Numbered from the stretch's first letter, positions 1-11,875 are shown. The stretch is DNA of 64,000 nucleotides from Rebecca billardiae RCC1528 (GCA_965240325.2 OZ251230.1:248001-312000); one strand, 5' to 3'. The notes: generated by a model not told the origin, from the letters alone. Program-made: numbers and translations.

Positions 1-2
1 CC

Positions 3-46
3 GCCTACGGTGGTGGCGGCGGATACAGCGCCGCTGCGCCCAGGTA

Positions 47-78
<32 letters not shown>

Positions 79-2133
79 ACCCGTCGAAGCGGCCGGCAGA
101 TCAGCCGCCGTCGGAGGAGGTTGCCAAGTACTGGGAGGAGCACGCGATCAGGGTGACGGGCGGCGCGCCCCCGCCGTGGCTCTCCTACTCGCAGGCCGGC
201 CTGCCGCCGCCGCTCCTCCAAGCGTTCACCGCCGCGGGCTTCAGCGCGCCGACGCCGATCCAAGCGCACTCGTGGTCTGCGGCTGCGGACGGGCGCGACG
301 TGATCGCCGTGGCGAAGACGGGCTCGGGCAAGACGCTCGGCTTCCTGGTGCCGTCGATCAAGCTGATGCTCTCGCGCCAGCTCAACACCAGCGTGCCCGC
401 GCTCCTCGTGCTCGCGCCCACGCGCGAGCTCGCCACCCAGATCCAGGAGGAGGCGAACAAGTTTGGGCGCGCGCTCGGCATCGGCTGCTGCTGCATGTAC
501 GGCGGGCAGCCGAAGGGGGCGCAGCTGGGCGAGCTGCGCCGCGGCGCGGGGGTGATGATCGCGACGCCCGGCCGGCTCAACGACTTCCTCGAGGCCGGCC
601 AGGTCTCCCTCCACTCGATCCAGATCCTGACGCTCGACGAGGCCGACCGGATGCTGGACATGGGCTTTGAGCCGCAGATCAGGCGGGTGGTCGCGCAGGT
701 GCCGCCCGCGCGGCAGACGCTCTTCTACACGGCGACGTGGCCGAAGGGCGTGGTGCGGCTCGCGATGGACTTCCTGCGCAACCCCGTGCAGATCAACATC
801 GGCGACACGGACAAGCTGAACGCGAACAAGGACATCACGCAGCACGTGCACACCGTCTCCTCCTCCTTCCAGAAGCAGCCGATCCTCTTCGACATCCTGC
901 GCACCCTCGGGCCGCAGGCGAAGGTGATCATCTTCTGCTCGACCAAGCGGATGTGCGACCAGCTCGGCATGCAGCTCATGCGCCAGTGCAACGCGGGCGT
1001 GCTGCACGGCGACAAGACGCAGGTGCGCTCCGCGCGCGCGCGCGCCGCATGCGCTTGCCTAGCGCGCCGCGCTCACGGCCGCGCCGCCTCGCGCCGCCTC
1101 GCGCCGCCTCGCGCCGCCTCGCGCCGCCCCGCTCGCGCGGCCGCCCGGCGCGCGCGTGCGCGGCCGCGCAGGTGGAGCGCGACCGCACGATGGTCGAGTT
1201 CAAGAACGGCATGCGCCCGGTGCTCTGCGCCACCGACGTCGCCGCGCGCGGCCTCGACGTGAAGGGCGTGAGCGCCGTGATCAACTACGACTTCCCCTCG
1301 TCCACGGAGGACTACATCCACCGCATCGGGCGCACCGGCCGCGCGGGCGCCAAGGGCGAGGCGCACACCTTCTTCGAGCCGAAGGACGCGCGGCACGCGC
1401 GCTCGCTCGTCGAGATCCTCAAGGCGCGCGCGGGCGCGCACCGCGCGCACCGCCGCCGCGCGCACCGCCGCCGCACACACCGCGCGCTCACTCACGCCGC
1501 ACACGCACCGCGCACGGCCGCGCGCGCACCGCTCGCTCGCACGGCGCGCAGGGTGCGGAGCAGCACGTGCCGCCTGAGCTGGCGCAGATGGGGGAGGGCG
1601 GGTTCGGCTCGAGCCTCTCGGCGCTCGGCGCGCGCTTCTCGCAGGGCGGTACGCCCGCCGGCGGCGCTGGCGGCGGGTACGCGGGCGGCGGTGCGTACGG
1701 CGGGTGCGGCGGCGGGTATGGAGGCGGTGGCGCGTACGGCGGCGGTGGCGCCTCCGCCCTGCCCGCGCTGCCCGCGATGCCGGCCGGCGTGGACGGCGCG
1801 GCTCGCCCCGCCGAGCCCGCCGGCGAGTACGCGCGTGAGCGCGAGCGCGAGTACGGCCCGCCACGAGGCCGCGCCGACGAGTACGACCGGCCGGCGCGCC
1901 CGCGCTCGCGCTCGCGAGAGCGCGACTACGACTATGGCGGCGCAGAGAGGCGCGGCGGCGGGTACGGGGAGCGCGAGCGCGACTACGGCCGCGGCCCGCC
2001 GCCGCGCCGTCCCGACGAAGAGTACGACCGGTATCGCGCCCCCCCGCCGCGCCGCAGCCCCGATCGGGGCCCGCCGCCGCGCTCGCCGCCGCCACGCGAC
2101 GCAGACGATCGGTACGATCGCCGCCGCTACTAG
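3..2133 (+). CDS. DEAD-box RNA helicase, DBP2/p68-like, with RS/RD-rich tail; 5' end lies outside the window
   Basis: Motifs [18 protein letters not shown] and [10 protein letters not shown]. Exons <3-1022, 1172-1423, 1552-2133. Introns 1023-1171 (GT-AG) and 1424-1551 (GC-AG) join the three reading frames. Confidence 0.93.
1081..1127 (+). repeat. Intronic 10-nt tandem repeat (GCGCCGCCTC) x4 plus partial
   Basis: Read directly inside helicase intron 1. Confidence 0.9.
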
Positions 2134-2331
2134 TGTCACGAGTGTACTACTCAGTGTCAACGACAACATCATCAAGTGCGGGACGGTGACTCGGACTGGC
2201 GGTGCCGGCCCCGGGGTCTGAAACTATAGCTTACGCACGACGATGATGATGATGCGCGCTGCTGGGCGGTGCTGATCGCAATAGTCTTTATTTAATTGCG
2301 CGCGCCTGCTAGTGCTACTGCGCTATTATTT

Positions 2332-2395
2332 AATATATATATATATATATTATAACGACGTGGTATGCAACGATATATATATATATACTATATAT
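2332..2395. repeat. (TA)n microsatellite interrupted by a 20-nt motif TAACGACGTGGTATGCAACG
   Basis: Motif at 2353-2372; its reverse complement recurs at 35865-35884. Confidence 0.85.
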
Positions 2396-2823
2396 CAGTA
2401 TAGTCTGATGATCTGATCCGGCCATGCGACTCAGATGGCGATGCTGCCCGGCATTGCGGCATATTGTCAGGCATCACCCCGTCGCCCCGCCCGCCGCGAC
2501 CGCCGCGCCGGCGTCACTGGCCACTGCTCCGCCAAGGCCGGTCCGAGTTTACGGAGTGATTTAGTCTTTAGAGCGGTTACCAGTAGTATCATCAGAGCAG
2601 TACTATACTGGCACGCATATAGTCATCGGCCCACCCGGGCTGCAGTAGCAGCTGCCGAGTAGCAGCGGCGGCCGTATTGGGCTTGAGGCGGAGCCGCGCG
2701 GGGCCGCGGGCGCCGCCCGGACTCCGGAGCCGCGAACGGAGAGTCTACTCAGCAACGGAGTACTCGTCGTCTACGCTGGTAGTCAGGTAGTCGGGTGACT
2801 GCATTGCGGGTGATATGAATATA

Positions 2824-4314
2824 TCACGCGCGCTGCTGCGTCCCAGAGACCATCACGCCATCACCCTGCCTGGGACAGCCTGGGTCGGTGGCAGGGAAGC
2901 GTGGCGCCCGCGCCGGGCGATTGGGAAAGCCCGCATGGCGCGCCATCTTCGGGCCTGACGGGCCCCGCTGCTTGAAGACGGGCTTATACTTGCTCGGCAG
3001 CTCCTGCACGCTCAGGTTGTCCGGCCGGAGCAGCAGCGCCCTCTCGATGCCCACGTACACCTTCGGCACCGTGCACGGGCCGTACCGGATGGCCCTGCCA
3101 CCCCGCGTGGTGCGCCGGGTCGGCTCTTTGAACTCGAGGGTGAGCACCTCCACACAGATGCGCTCGCGCGCGTGCGAGAGGACGCGCGCCCAACGGCCGT
3201 TCCACTCGGGCGCGCGCACAAGGCCGTGGATGATGCCCGTGGTCATCGGGCACAGCCAGTCGCGCCGGACGCAGCGCGGGATCACCTCGTCGCGCCAAAC
3301 GTCGAGCAGAGCTCCGGCAGGCGAGCCGCTTGCGGCGTGCTCCGCAGCGATCGCCGCGCCCAGCAGCATCAGCGACGTGGCGCGGGCGCGCGCGGGCTGA
3401 GGGAAACCGGCGTGGGCCGCTGCCGCCCACGCCTCCTCCGGGCGCGGCTGCGCGCCAGCGTGCCGCGCAAAGCGCACCACCATGTCCCACGCAAGGCTCC
3501 GCTCCCACGGGTCGTAGACAGGCACGCGCTCGGTGGGGCACGTGAAAAGCACATGTCCCGCGCCGTGCGCAGCGACGGCCACCGATGTGCCTTGCTCGCC
3601 CTCGGCATTGAGCAGGGTGGTGTACGCCTGCTGCTCGCGTGGCACGCGCTCCAGGTAGCGCAGCTCGGCCTCGAGCCCTTGGATGTCGAGGGCATCCCCG
3701 TGCGCCCTGCACGCCGCACCGAACCAGCGCCTCAGCGCGTCCGAGTGCGGGTCGAGGTGCGCCTCCGCCGTTCCGAGCGGCACGCTGTTGTCGTAGCTGC
3801 CGTGCACGCGCGAGTACTCCCAGCGCGCGCCAAAGTGGGCGCGCACCACGCCCAGCAGCCCGCCCGTGCGGCCCACCGGGAACGTCTCGACCACGGCCAG
3901 GGCCCCGCCACCGCGGACAAAAGCCTGCAGCGCCGCGCCAAGGCACTCCATCACCGCCTCGTGCGCACCAGCCAGCAGGATCACCGACGAGTACACGCCG
4001 CTCTCGATGCTGGCGCACACCGCGTCTACTAGAGCGTCGGACTGGCCGTTGCCAAAGTCAAGGCGGGTGTATCGCAGGCTGAGCTCGGACGCGAGAAGGG
4101 CGAGGCTCCACTTGAGCCTGGCGACTTCCCCCTCCTCGCCGTCGACGTAGCGCCCGGTGAAGTAGGGGGCGCACCAGCACGACTTGCTCGGGGTGCCGTC
4201 CGCGCTTCGCGTGGCACCATCGACGATGAGCACGTCCCGCCTGGGCAGTGCCTCCTCCTCGTCCTCCTCGTCCTCCCCGTCCTCCCCGCCGGAGCCCGGA
4301 CCTTCGAAGGCCAT
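2824..4314 (-). CDS. Hypothetical protein: possible class I GATase/ThuA-like N-terminal region plus C-terminal 'GL..PE.NG...R..V...L.P.NL' small beta domain
   Basis: 496-aa ATG ORF with normal composition. LQAFVRGGGALAVV resembles ThuA/GATase-like folds; IIHGLVRAPEWNGRWARV...LLRPDNL is a motif seen in many algal proteins. Confidence 0.65.
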   Translation of the reverse strand: MAFEGPGSGGEDGEDEEDEEEALPRRDVLIVDGATRSADGTPSKSCWCAPYFTGRYVDGEEGEVARLKWSLALLASELSLRYTRLDFGNGQSDALVDAVCASIESGVYSSVILLAGAHEAVMECLGAALQAFVRGGGALAVVETFPVGRTGGLLGVVRAHFGARWEYSRVHGSYDNSVPLGTAEAHLDPHSDALRRWFGAACRAHGDALDIQGLEAELRYLERVPREQQAYTTLLNAEGEQGTSVAVAAHGAGHVLFTCPTERVPVYDPWERSLAWDMVVRFARHAGAQPRPEEAWAAAAHAGFPQPARARATSLMLLGAAIAAEHAASGSPAGALLDVWRDEVIPRCVRRDWLCPMTTGIIHGLVRAPEWNGRWARVLSHARERICVEVLTLEFKEPTRRTTRGGRAIRYGPCTVPKVYVGIERALLLRPDNLSVQELPSKYKPVFKQRGPSGPKMARHAGFPNRPARAPRFPATDPGCPRQGDGVMVSGTQQRA

Positions 4315-4465
4315 CGTGCGACGAATTTTACTGATGATGAGGTAATACAGTACTCGAAATCAGGGCAAGAAAGCCTGTCGACGAGTGACGATTTGACGAA
4401 CTTGTACGTATCGTAGCTAGTGCGGTATATTTGTACAATAACAATAATGGTGCAGTGAGTGACCC

Positions 4466-4490
4466 TGCCTGTGTCTTTAAATCATAGAAT
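4466..4490 (+). repeat. Dispersed repeat A, truncated copy (TGCCTGTGTCTTTAAATCATAGAAT)
   Basis: 25 nt identical to 31031-31055; related copy on the - strand at 49358-49408. Confidence 0.9.
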
Positions 4491-4504
4491 GAGTAGAGTC
4501 TACT

Positions 4505-4556
4505 GTAATCTCGCCTGCCTGAGCTGTGTGCGTCTCTTATTCTTAGTAAACTGTAC
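4505..4556 (+). repeat. Dispersed repeat B (ATCTCGCCTGCCTGAGCTGTGTGCGTCTCTTATTCT...)
   Basis: Copies at 40758-40799 (+) and 50561-50609 (-). Confidence 0.9.
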
Positions 4557-4599
4557 TCAGTAGATAGCTCACTTTCGATCGTTACCGGATGTGGGTGAT

Positions 4600-5352
4600 A
4601 TGTACCGCTCGCATTCTCTCGAAGAGAATCCAGTGCTCCGGCTTGGTGATTGCTGCCGTCCGCGCTGGGCCTGCACGATGTGCATCGAGCAGCAGGGTGT
4701 GCCGCGCGAGCACCACATCGCGTACTCGCTGAATGTCGCGATCCTCGTTTTCAGCGTTCTCAGCGTCATGGCCTTTGCGTGGGACGTGCTGCCAGGGCTT
4801 GCCGGCATCCTGGGCGTGGTTGCAGCGTCCATCATGGTTTGTTGCGCCACGAGGGATGCACCCGACATCACTTCGAAGCTATTGGCGAATTTGGTACTCC
4901 TCAGCATGTCCAGCTTTCTATACGTGATATCCGTGGTCGTCCTTCTCCTTTGGTTTCTCTCCCTTGCGGCGCGCGTCGATGAGTACTGTCGTGAGCACCC
5001 CGAGGAAGACTGCGATGCCATCCGGAGCTCAACTCTCGGGATCGTCGCTATTTTGATTTGGCCGACCATCATAAGCAACCTGATTTGCGCCTCCCTCGGC
5101 CTGCCTGCCGCGTACTATGCTCATAGGGCGAACATTGCGTACAAGCTGATGGTCAGAATCGAGCCCTTGCCGCCAGTGGTCGAGGCGACCATCGTCCAGC
5201 GGAGTGCGGTCGCGCCAGCAAGCGCGCCGCAGCCGATACCGGTTGCAGCTGGTGCACCGAGTGGGAACGAGCAGCCGCTCGCGGCTCATGGAGCGAGTGC
5301 AGTCTCGCAGCCGGGCGTGGAAGAAGGTGCGCCCTCCATGGTGCCAGTATGA
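4600..5352 (+). CDS. Hypothetical multi-pass membrane protein (about 4 TM)
   Basis: ATG at 4600; four hydrophobic segments, a Cys-containing loop and a Pro/Ala-rich tail. Confidence 0.7.
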   Translation: MYRSHSLEENPVLRLGDCCRPRWACTMCIEQQGVPREHHIAYSLNVAILVFSVLSVMAFAWDVLPGLAGILGVVAASIMVCCATRDAPDITSKLLANLVLLSMSSFLYVISVVVLLLWFLSLAARVDEYCREHPEEDCDAIRSSTLGIVAILIWPTIISNLICASLGLPAAYYAHRANIAYKLMVRIEPLPPVVEATIVQRSAVAPASAPQPIPVAAGAPSGNEQPLAAHGASAVSQPGVEEGAPSMVPV

Positions 5353-6022
5353 CGATTGTTGTCATGCATACGGCGCCCTCATCATCATCGGCGCTCGGTG
5401 AGTCACTGAGCAGCTGCTTCTGGCAGCCACTAGCCAGCCAGCCAGCGGCAGCACGAGCTCATGTGGTACCATTCGGACTTCCGCGAGCGATCATGAATCG
5501 TCGGCTCGGGCGGAGTGAGTGCACAGCAGTCGTCGACAGAAAATGGCGGAACTTTCAAGCAGACGCGTGAATGAACGAACTACGGTGTTCTGACATGATG
5601 CGGCGTGAGTGACGGTCCCGGACTGCCCGTAGAGCTCTAGGCGAGTAGCGGTACTCAGTCCGAGACGGTGCCGCCAGTGAGTCAATGCTGGACGATGCGT
5701 CCGGCGGGCGACCGTCCGGTAGAGCTATGTATATTTTATTTACCGCGCCGAATGATGACGGTCTGTCAGGCCGCGGCGCCAGCGCGGGCCGACGGTCTAA
5801 CTCTCAGACTGTGGCTGTGCCCGGTGAGTCTGGTCATGGTGCCGCACGCTGACATGTCATAGCTACTCAGTAACTCACTAGTGGCACATATGACATAGCC
5901 CGCACACACATTGACGTTATTTGACGGGTCTACAATTACATATAGCGATATATATATATACATAGTATATACTGCTGCTGTATATATATATTGTACTCGA
6001 TCATACGCGACTAACGTCTTAA

Positions 6023-7377
6023 CCCCTATTGTTGAACGGGCCCCTATTGTTGAACGGAGGCAATTTTTGCTATGTAGCAGGCTGATTACGCGGGGGCGAT
6101 GGGATCAGCGGCTACCGCCGTGTGCGCCCGGCCAAGGCGCGTCCAACGAGCCCAAGAACGTCGCCATAGCCCCGCCCCAGCGCCGTCCGCAGCCGATCAT
6201 TTGCTGAAGTCAGACCTGAGAATCTGGTGTGAACAAATGGTTTTCGGCTCCTGTAGGCCGAAGCTTCGGCCGGGAGAGCGCGCACGGTATTTTACTATTT
6301 TTGGGAGCTCCCCGACCGAGCACCCCGGGCGGGGAAATCAAGCCGGCTTGCCGCTGCCGCACTCGTGCATGGACTCATGGAGCGCGAGTGACACGAATTG
6401 GGTGAGGTCAGCATGGCTGATTCCTGGGTGGAGGGTCGAGGACGCCCCGCCGCGGCGGGGGGCGGTGCGGCGGCGCGAGCTGACTAGTGGCGATGACGAA
6501 GGCTCAAGGCGCAGCACACGTGGGTTGGCAAGGCGAAGTCTCCGCGCCGGATGGACGAGTCATGGCATCAGACGCTGGGCGATGAGAGCGGTGCGGGCTA
6601 GGCGACCACGGCTGCGACGCGACGCTTCGAAGCTGCTGTGAGTGACGCGACGGACCCGGCCACCGCGCCAGCACCCAACTCTACCGATCGTACAATCGGC
6701 AGCCAGGCAGTCGTGCCGTGCTTGTCAAGCTGGATGCTGGTGTCGTTGGGCATGTTGCTGTCGCAAGCGGGGCACGATGCCAAATGCTGAACGCATGCAC
6801 CAGAGCGCGGCGGAGCAGCAGGTCGTGCTTCGCCACGAGCTGACACACGCACCAAGGCGGCCGATAACCCGGCACTAGCAAGCTGCTCGATACGCGGCTG
6901 CGCCCCATCACCAATCGGGCTGAGGATCTGGACGCGATCGCACGCAAGCGCACGCTGCTGGCTCACACGCCGTTCAACGATTACCGTCGTCGTCGCTTGG
7001 TGGGCTCGGCCGGGCTCAAACGTGGGCATTGGCATCCCCGGCGGCACGGAGACGTGGCTATCTTGCCTGCAGATCGGTGAGCATCCGACAGACCGCGTGC
7101 GTGCCCTCAGGTGCCGCTGCTGCACCACTACGCGCGCGCGATGAGCTCCGTTCAACAATAGGGGTCATTCGACCCGTCGACGCACCCCGCAAGTGCGCGC
7201 GTGCGCGCGCGCACAGGCGGGCGAGTTCCGAGTACCGCAGTCTCAGGGGTGCATGGTCCCTTCGGCAGGACCCATACCCTGTGCATGACACCCAAAGTTC
7301 GCTCGCCGAGCCACACTGGCTCGTGGCAGGCGCCGGCGTAAAACCCGTTTTCCGTTCGTCAACAATAATACTAGGGG
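6023..7377. mobile_element. Non-autonomous piggyBac-like element
   Basis: TTAA (6019-6022) then CCCCTATTGTTGAACGG, repeated at 6041-6057. Inverted copy at 7146-7164. Degenerate right TIR at 7352-7377 ends AGGGG followed by TTAA (7378-7381). No intact transposase. Confidence 0.75.
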
Positions 7378-7506
7378 TTAAGCAGACGCTAGTATCACTA
7401 TTCACTATTATTATCAGCGCAGTATCGGACAACTGACTCTAAGCTACTGACGACCGTCTTCGAGTTCGTCGGTCCTGAGTTCGGAGTCCGCCAATGGATG
7501 GTAGCA

Positions 7507-8560
7507 GAGGCCGCTCGAGCGACTTCGTGTCAGGCGAGGCAGATCGCGCCAGTGCGAGGCGAGGCAGACGCTCGCCTGCCTCGCCCAGCAGGCGAGGCAG
7601 CTAAGCTAGTAAAGCCGCGGCCGAACTTTACGAAAGCCAAATGTCTGCCGGTGCGCCGCCCGTCTTTGCGCACGGTGACAAGGGCGCGCGAGGGCGCTTC
7701 CTCACGATCCCGAAGAGCGCTGCGCGCGGCGTCGCGTTGGCGGCGGCAGCGGCGCTGGGGTGTATCTTGCCCATTCTGCTTGGCGGTGCGCGCTCATGAC
7801 GCCTCGGCCGCCGCCACGCCATGCGCGACCGGGCGTGTCGCCTTCTTGACGGGCAGTGCACGCGCCCTTGCAAGCGCACAGCCGTGAAGAGCCGAGAGCG
7901 TCCGTCGCGCGCACGCCGCCCACGCGGGATGCTTTGTGTTATCAACGAAGCCACCTTGCCCATGCGCTCCGCCGAGTTCGCCATGCGTTCAGAGCAGTCA
8001 AGATCGCTGAACGAGAGGATGTCATCGGCTGAAATGCAGGTGAGCAGTGGTCATCGTAGTTGCTACCCATGGTCATCATGGCTCGCACATGCCAGAGCGC
8101 GATCGCTCAGTGTCATACGAATAGTCCTGAAACCTCATCCCGCGTGGGCGGCGTGCGCGCGACGGACGCTCTCGGCTCTTCACGGCTGTGCGCTTGCAAG
8201 GGCGTGTGCACTGCCCGTCAAGAAGGCGACACGCCCGGTCGCGCATGGCGTGGCGGCGGCCGAGGCGTCATGAGCGCGCACCGCCAAGCAGAATGGGCAA
8301 GATACACCCCAGCGCCGCTGCCGCCGCCAACGCGACGCCGCGCGCAGCGCTCTTCGGGATCGTGAGGAAGCGCCCTCGCGCGCCCTTGTCACCGTGCGCA
8401 AAGACGGGCGGCGCACCGGCAGACATTTGGCTTTCGTAAAGTTCGGCCGCGGCTTTACTAGCTTAGCTGCCTCGCCTGCTGGGCGAGGCAGGCGAGCGTC
8501 TGCCTCGCCTCGCACTGGCGCGATCTGCCTCGCCTGACACGAAGTCGCTCGAGTGGCCTC
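7507..8560. mobile_element. Foldback element with ~425-bp near-perfect inverted arms
   Basis: Arms 7507-7931 and 8136-8560, 204-bp spacer, termini GAGG...CCTC, flanked by direct TAGCA (7502-7506 and 8561-8565). Confidence 0.85.
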
Positions 8561-8596
8561 TAGCAGCTTAGCAGTTAACATGACTCATGAGTGCTG

Positions 8597-10278
8597 GACA
8601 GGTTGCACGGGAAACTGACCTTGGTGTTACATTTCGGCCCTTCGGAGCATGGCTGCCCGCCGGCACGGTGCCCTCGCGGGTGCGGCCGTTGCTGCCGCAC
8701 CATGTACGACTCAATGAGTCTTGCGTTTAGGCCGTGAGTACTGACGCACATGTAGCAGACCGAGTCCTCCTCCCAAGCTCGCCAAGGACCCGACCGCGTC
8801 ATTTGAAGGGCAGCCGCCACGAGCGTCATCCGCTCGACTCGGTCGGCACCATACGTGCGAGAGGTTGCGACGGCGCGCAACTCCTCGTCATCGTCAGGAG
8901 TCAGCCAGCAAGCACCCTGCGGCCGCACCTCGGCGACCTAGCACACGCAAGGCAGACTCGACCTTGGGCGAGCCCTGGCGACCTCCGCCTCGAGCTGAAT
9001 GCCACGCGTAGCAGCCTGAGTCGACGTCGCGGAAAGGCACGCGCACGTGCATAGAGCATCAGACAGTGCGCCGCATCTGCCTGCCGGAGTGTACCATCAC
9101 CGCGCCCGCGCGACTGGGTTGAAGAAGAAGTCGTCAACGACGAGCGAGCCGGCGTCCAGCGGAACGGGCGGTGCAGCCGGCGCCGCGCTGTGCGAACAGG
9201 GTGGAAGCCGACCGCTGCCGCGCGCGATGTGAGCGAGCTGGCGGGTGCACGCCAGTCAGCTGCAGATGATGCGGCGAAGAGGCGCGCTACCACCTACTCC
9301 ACCTCGCGCGACTTAGTCTTGCTGACGTGATCACACACGCGCGCGATCAATGGCATACTCAACGTCGAGCGCCTGAGTGCTGTCTCGAAAGGTGCCTTCC
9401 CCCTTGCTCAGGGCGTGCCTGTCGGCGTGGTCGAGCGCCGCGCTCGTCGCCTCGGCCTGCTGAGCGTCAGCAAGGCGCTTGTCAAGGAGCGCCTGCTTGC
9501 TGCGTCACAGCGCGCGAGCGCGCCACGCGCACGACCAAATGTGTGCGCTTCCGATACTTCTTGCCGGCGGCAAAGGCAGACTGCCCAGAGTTCGCCTGCT
9601 TGTCCGAGGACCCCGCGCCAGACGCCTGCACGGCCGGAGCAGCGGCCCGAGCTGCAACAGCAGAGGCCGCGCGCGCCGTAGCAAGCTTCACCCTCGCGCG
9701 CTGGACGCGTTTGGCGGGCATCGTTTCTGTTTCCTTAGCGCGCTGCGGTTGCCCGCCTTCTTCTACGAAGGCCTCGTGAGGCGAGCTTCACAAGCACTCG
9801 CGTGTGTGGTCCGAGCCACCTGGACGCGTGCGCACGGTTGCGCGCTCGTGCGTACGGTATGAGCAGTGCAGCAGGAGACCAGCACACGTTCGTGCAAGGG
9901 TGCACGCGCATACCGCAACCGGTGCATCCTAATCGTTCGCGACGGCAGCCTCCTTGAAGGCTCTATCTACCACCTGCATCCAGGTCACCTTGTGCTTCCC
10001 GATGCGCTTCGGCTTCGCGCCACTGCCGACGCGGGAGTGAGTGAGAGGAACTGGGCACCAGACTGTGGTACCGATTGCGGGCGAACGGGGAGACGGGCCC
10101 TGTCCGCGAAGGTCGGAAACGGACGACCTTCGTGTGCTCCTCCGTTTCCAAGCACTCGCGCCACGCGCCGGCCGCCATGGGACGGGCGCGATGTACCGAA
10201 AGACGGGTGGACAGGTCGCGTCCACTGTGAATGTAACATCTGTCAGTCGCGGGCGGTCATTTTTTCGTGCAACCTGTC
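8597..10278. mobile_element. Degenerate TIR DNA element (~1.7 kb)
   Basis: GACAGGTTGCACGGGAAACTGACC (8597-8620) is inverted at 10255-10278 with 3 mismatches. GCTG flanks both ends. Interior has no convincing ORF. Confidence 0.65.
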
Positions 10279-10344
10279 GCTGGGTATATATCAGTGTCGT
10301 ATTTATTTATGTGGCGGCGACGGCTCCGCGCCTTGGGCTGACTG

Positions 10345-11447
10345 CTACCTCGATGCGGTGCGATTCAGCGGGCGCTCGGCGAGGCGTTCCGTCTTCAACG
10401 CCGCATCTAGTTCATTGTCGCGCTCCTCCTGGACAAGTTCGATGTCCAGGTCGACCGCCTGTGACATTGACTTGGAGCGCGCGATGGTCGCAGCGCTCGG
10501 AGGCTCCTCGTCGACGTCGGCGATGTGCCGACCGGTGCAGATGGGAGCGCAGAACCGGGCGATCCGCGAGTGGAAGAGGTGCGCGGAGCCAAAGTCGATC
10601 ACGTACAGCTGCGCGCGCTTGCTCGCGGGCCCGGCCGCGATGGCGTCCATCAGCGCATGCTTGATGGCCTTCGCGTCCTTCTCGGCGTCCTGCTTGAAGG
10701 CGAGGTTGTGCACCTCGGGCACGTCGAAGACGAGGTTGCCTGCGGGCCTCTCGTGGGAGGGGGAGTGGCGGAGGGGCGATCGACAGGGCGCGCGTGAGCC
10801 GTCCGCGATGCTCACGCGGAGGCCGCGTGAGCCGCACGTGCGCGCGCGCGCGCACGTTCGTGCCAGTCGCCGTGCTCGATCCCGGCATCGAAGAGCGCCG
10901 TCTGCACGCGCTTGCACTCTCGGGTCCACGCCTTCTGGATGGGGAGGCGGAGGGCCTGCTTGTCAATGTCCCACCCTAGCGCATTTCTCTCGTGCATGTG
11001 GCGCAACTGCCTCGAGAGCCAGAACAGCCAGCGGAAGTAGGTGGGCTGTGTGAGCCGTTGCATCGCGATCGTGCCGCGCATACGGCCGTTGACGATGGTG
11101 ACGTGGCTGTAGTAGATGCGTGGCGCCAGCCCCGCATCGGCGGCAATGCCATGTATGCGTACTTCTCGTTCGAACGAATCCTTTGAGGTCCATCGGCCGA
11201 TCTTGGCGACGACTGAGCACAGTGGCAGGGTCCTGGCCGCCGTGCTCCCGGGGGCAGCGCCATCGACAGTCGCCAGCACCGACCAGTCGTCAAAGCCGTA
11301 GACGACGGCATTCTGACCGCGCGTGAGCTCGTACGCGCTGACCTCGTGGCGCCGAGCTGCGTCGGCTGCGATCTCGCACACGTCTTTCAGATCGAGTGTG
11401 ACACCCTGTCGTCGCGCCCCGCCACGCAAACCGCCGCGCGCGGCCAT
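10345..11447 (-). CDS. Atypical protein kinase-like protein
   Basis: VVAKIG lysine, EREVRIH glutamate, spliced catalytic loop HGDWHERN and IDFG. Intron 10855-10740. Confidence 0.8.
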
Positions 11448-11875
11448 TCTCCGTCTCCGCCAATCTTGAGCTGCCAGTGCCTGAGGCCACGCGGACGGGG
11501 GTGCACCCACCTGCCGGCGGCGGCGGCACGCCGGCGGCGCTCGAAAATGTATGCGGAGATATGCATGCCTGATATTATGACGACGCGATCACTTGGTTTC
11601 CCGTCGCGCCAAAAGCAGAATGAAAAGATCGGCGCTCTCCCGGTGGCGGTTGCCGACTTGCCGCACCAAAATCACCACCGACATTGCTTGGCGGACGCCC
11701 CACTACTGTCCGACTCATCGCGCCTCAGCGAGTCACTTATCATCCGCGCAGAAGCCGACGAAGAATATGATACATATACACCGCCCACGTGCGTCGCCTG
11801 CCGGGTCGCGTGTTTGCGTCGTAGTGAACGCGCCCGCCTGTTCGCGGTTGACACGGAGCGCCGATCTGCTCAGAG

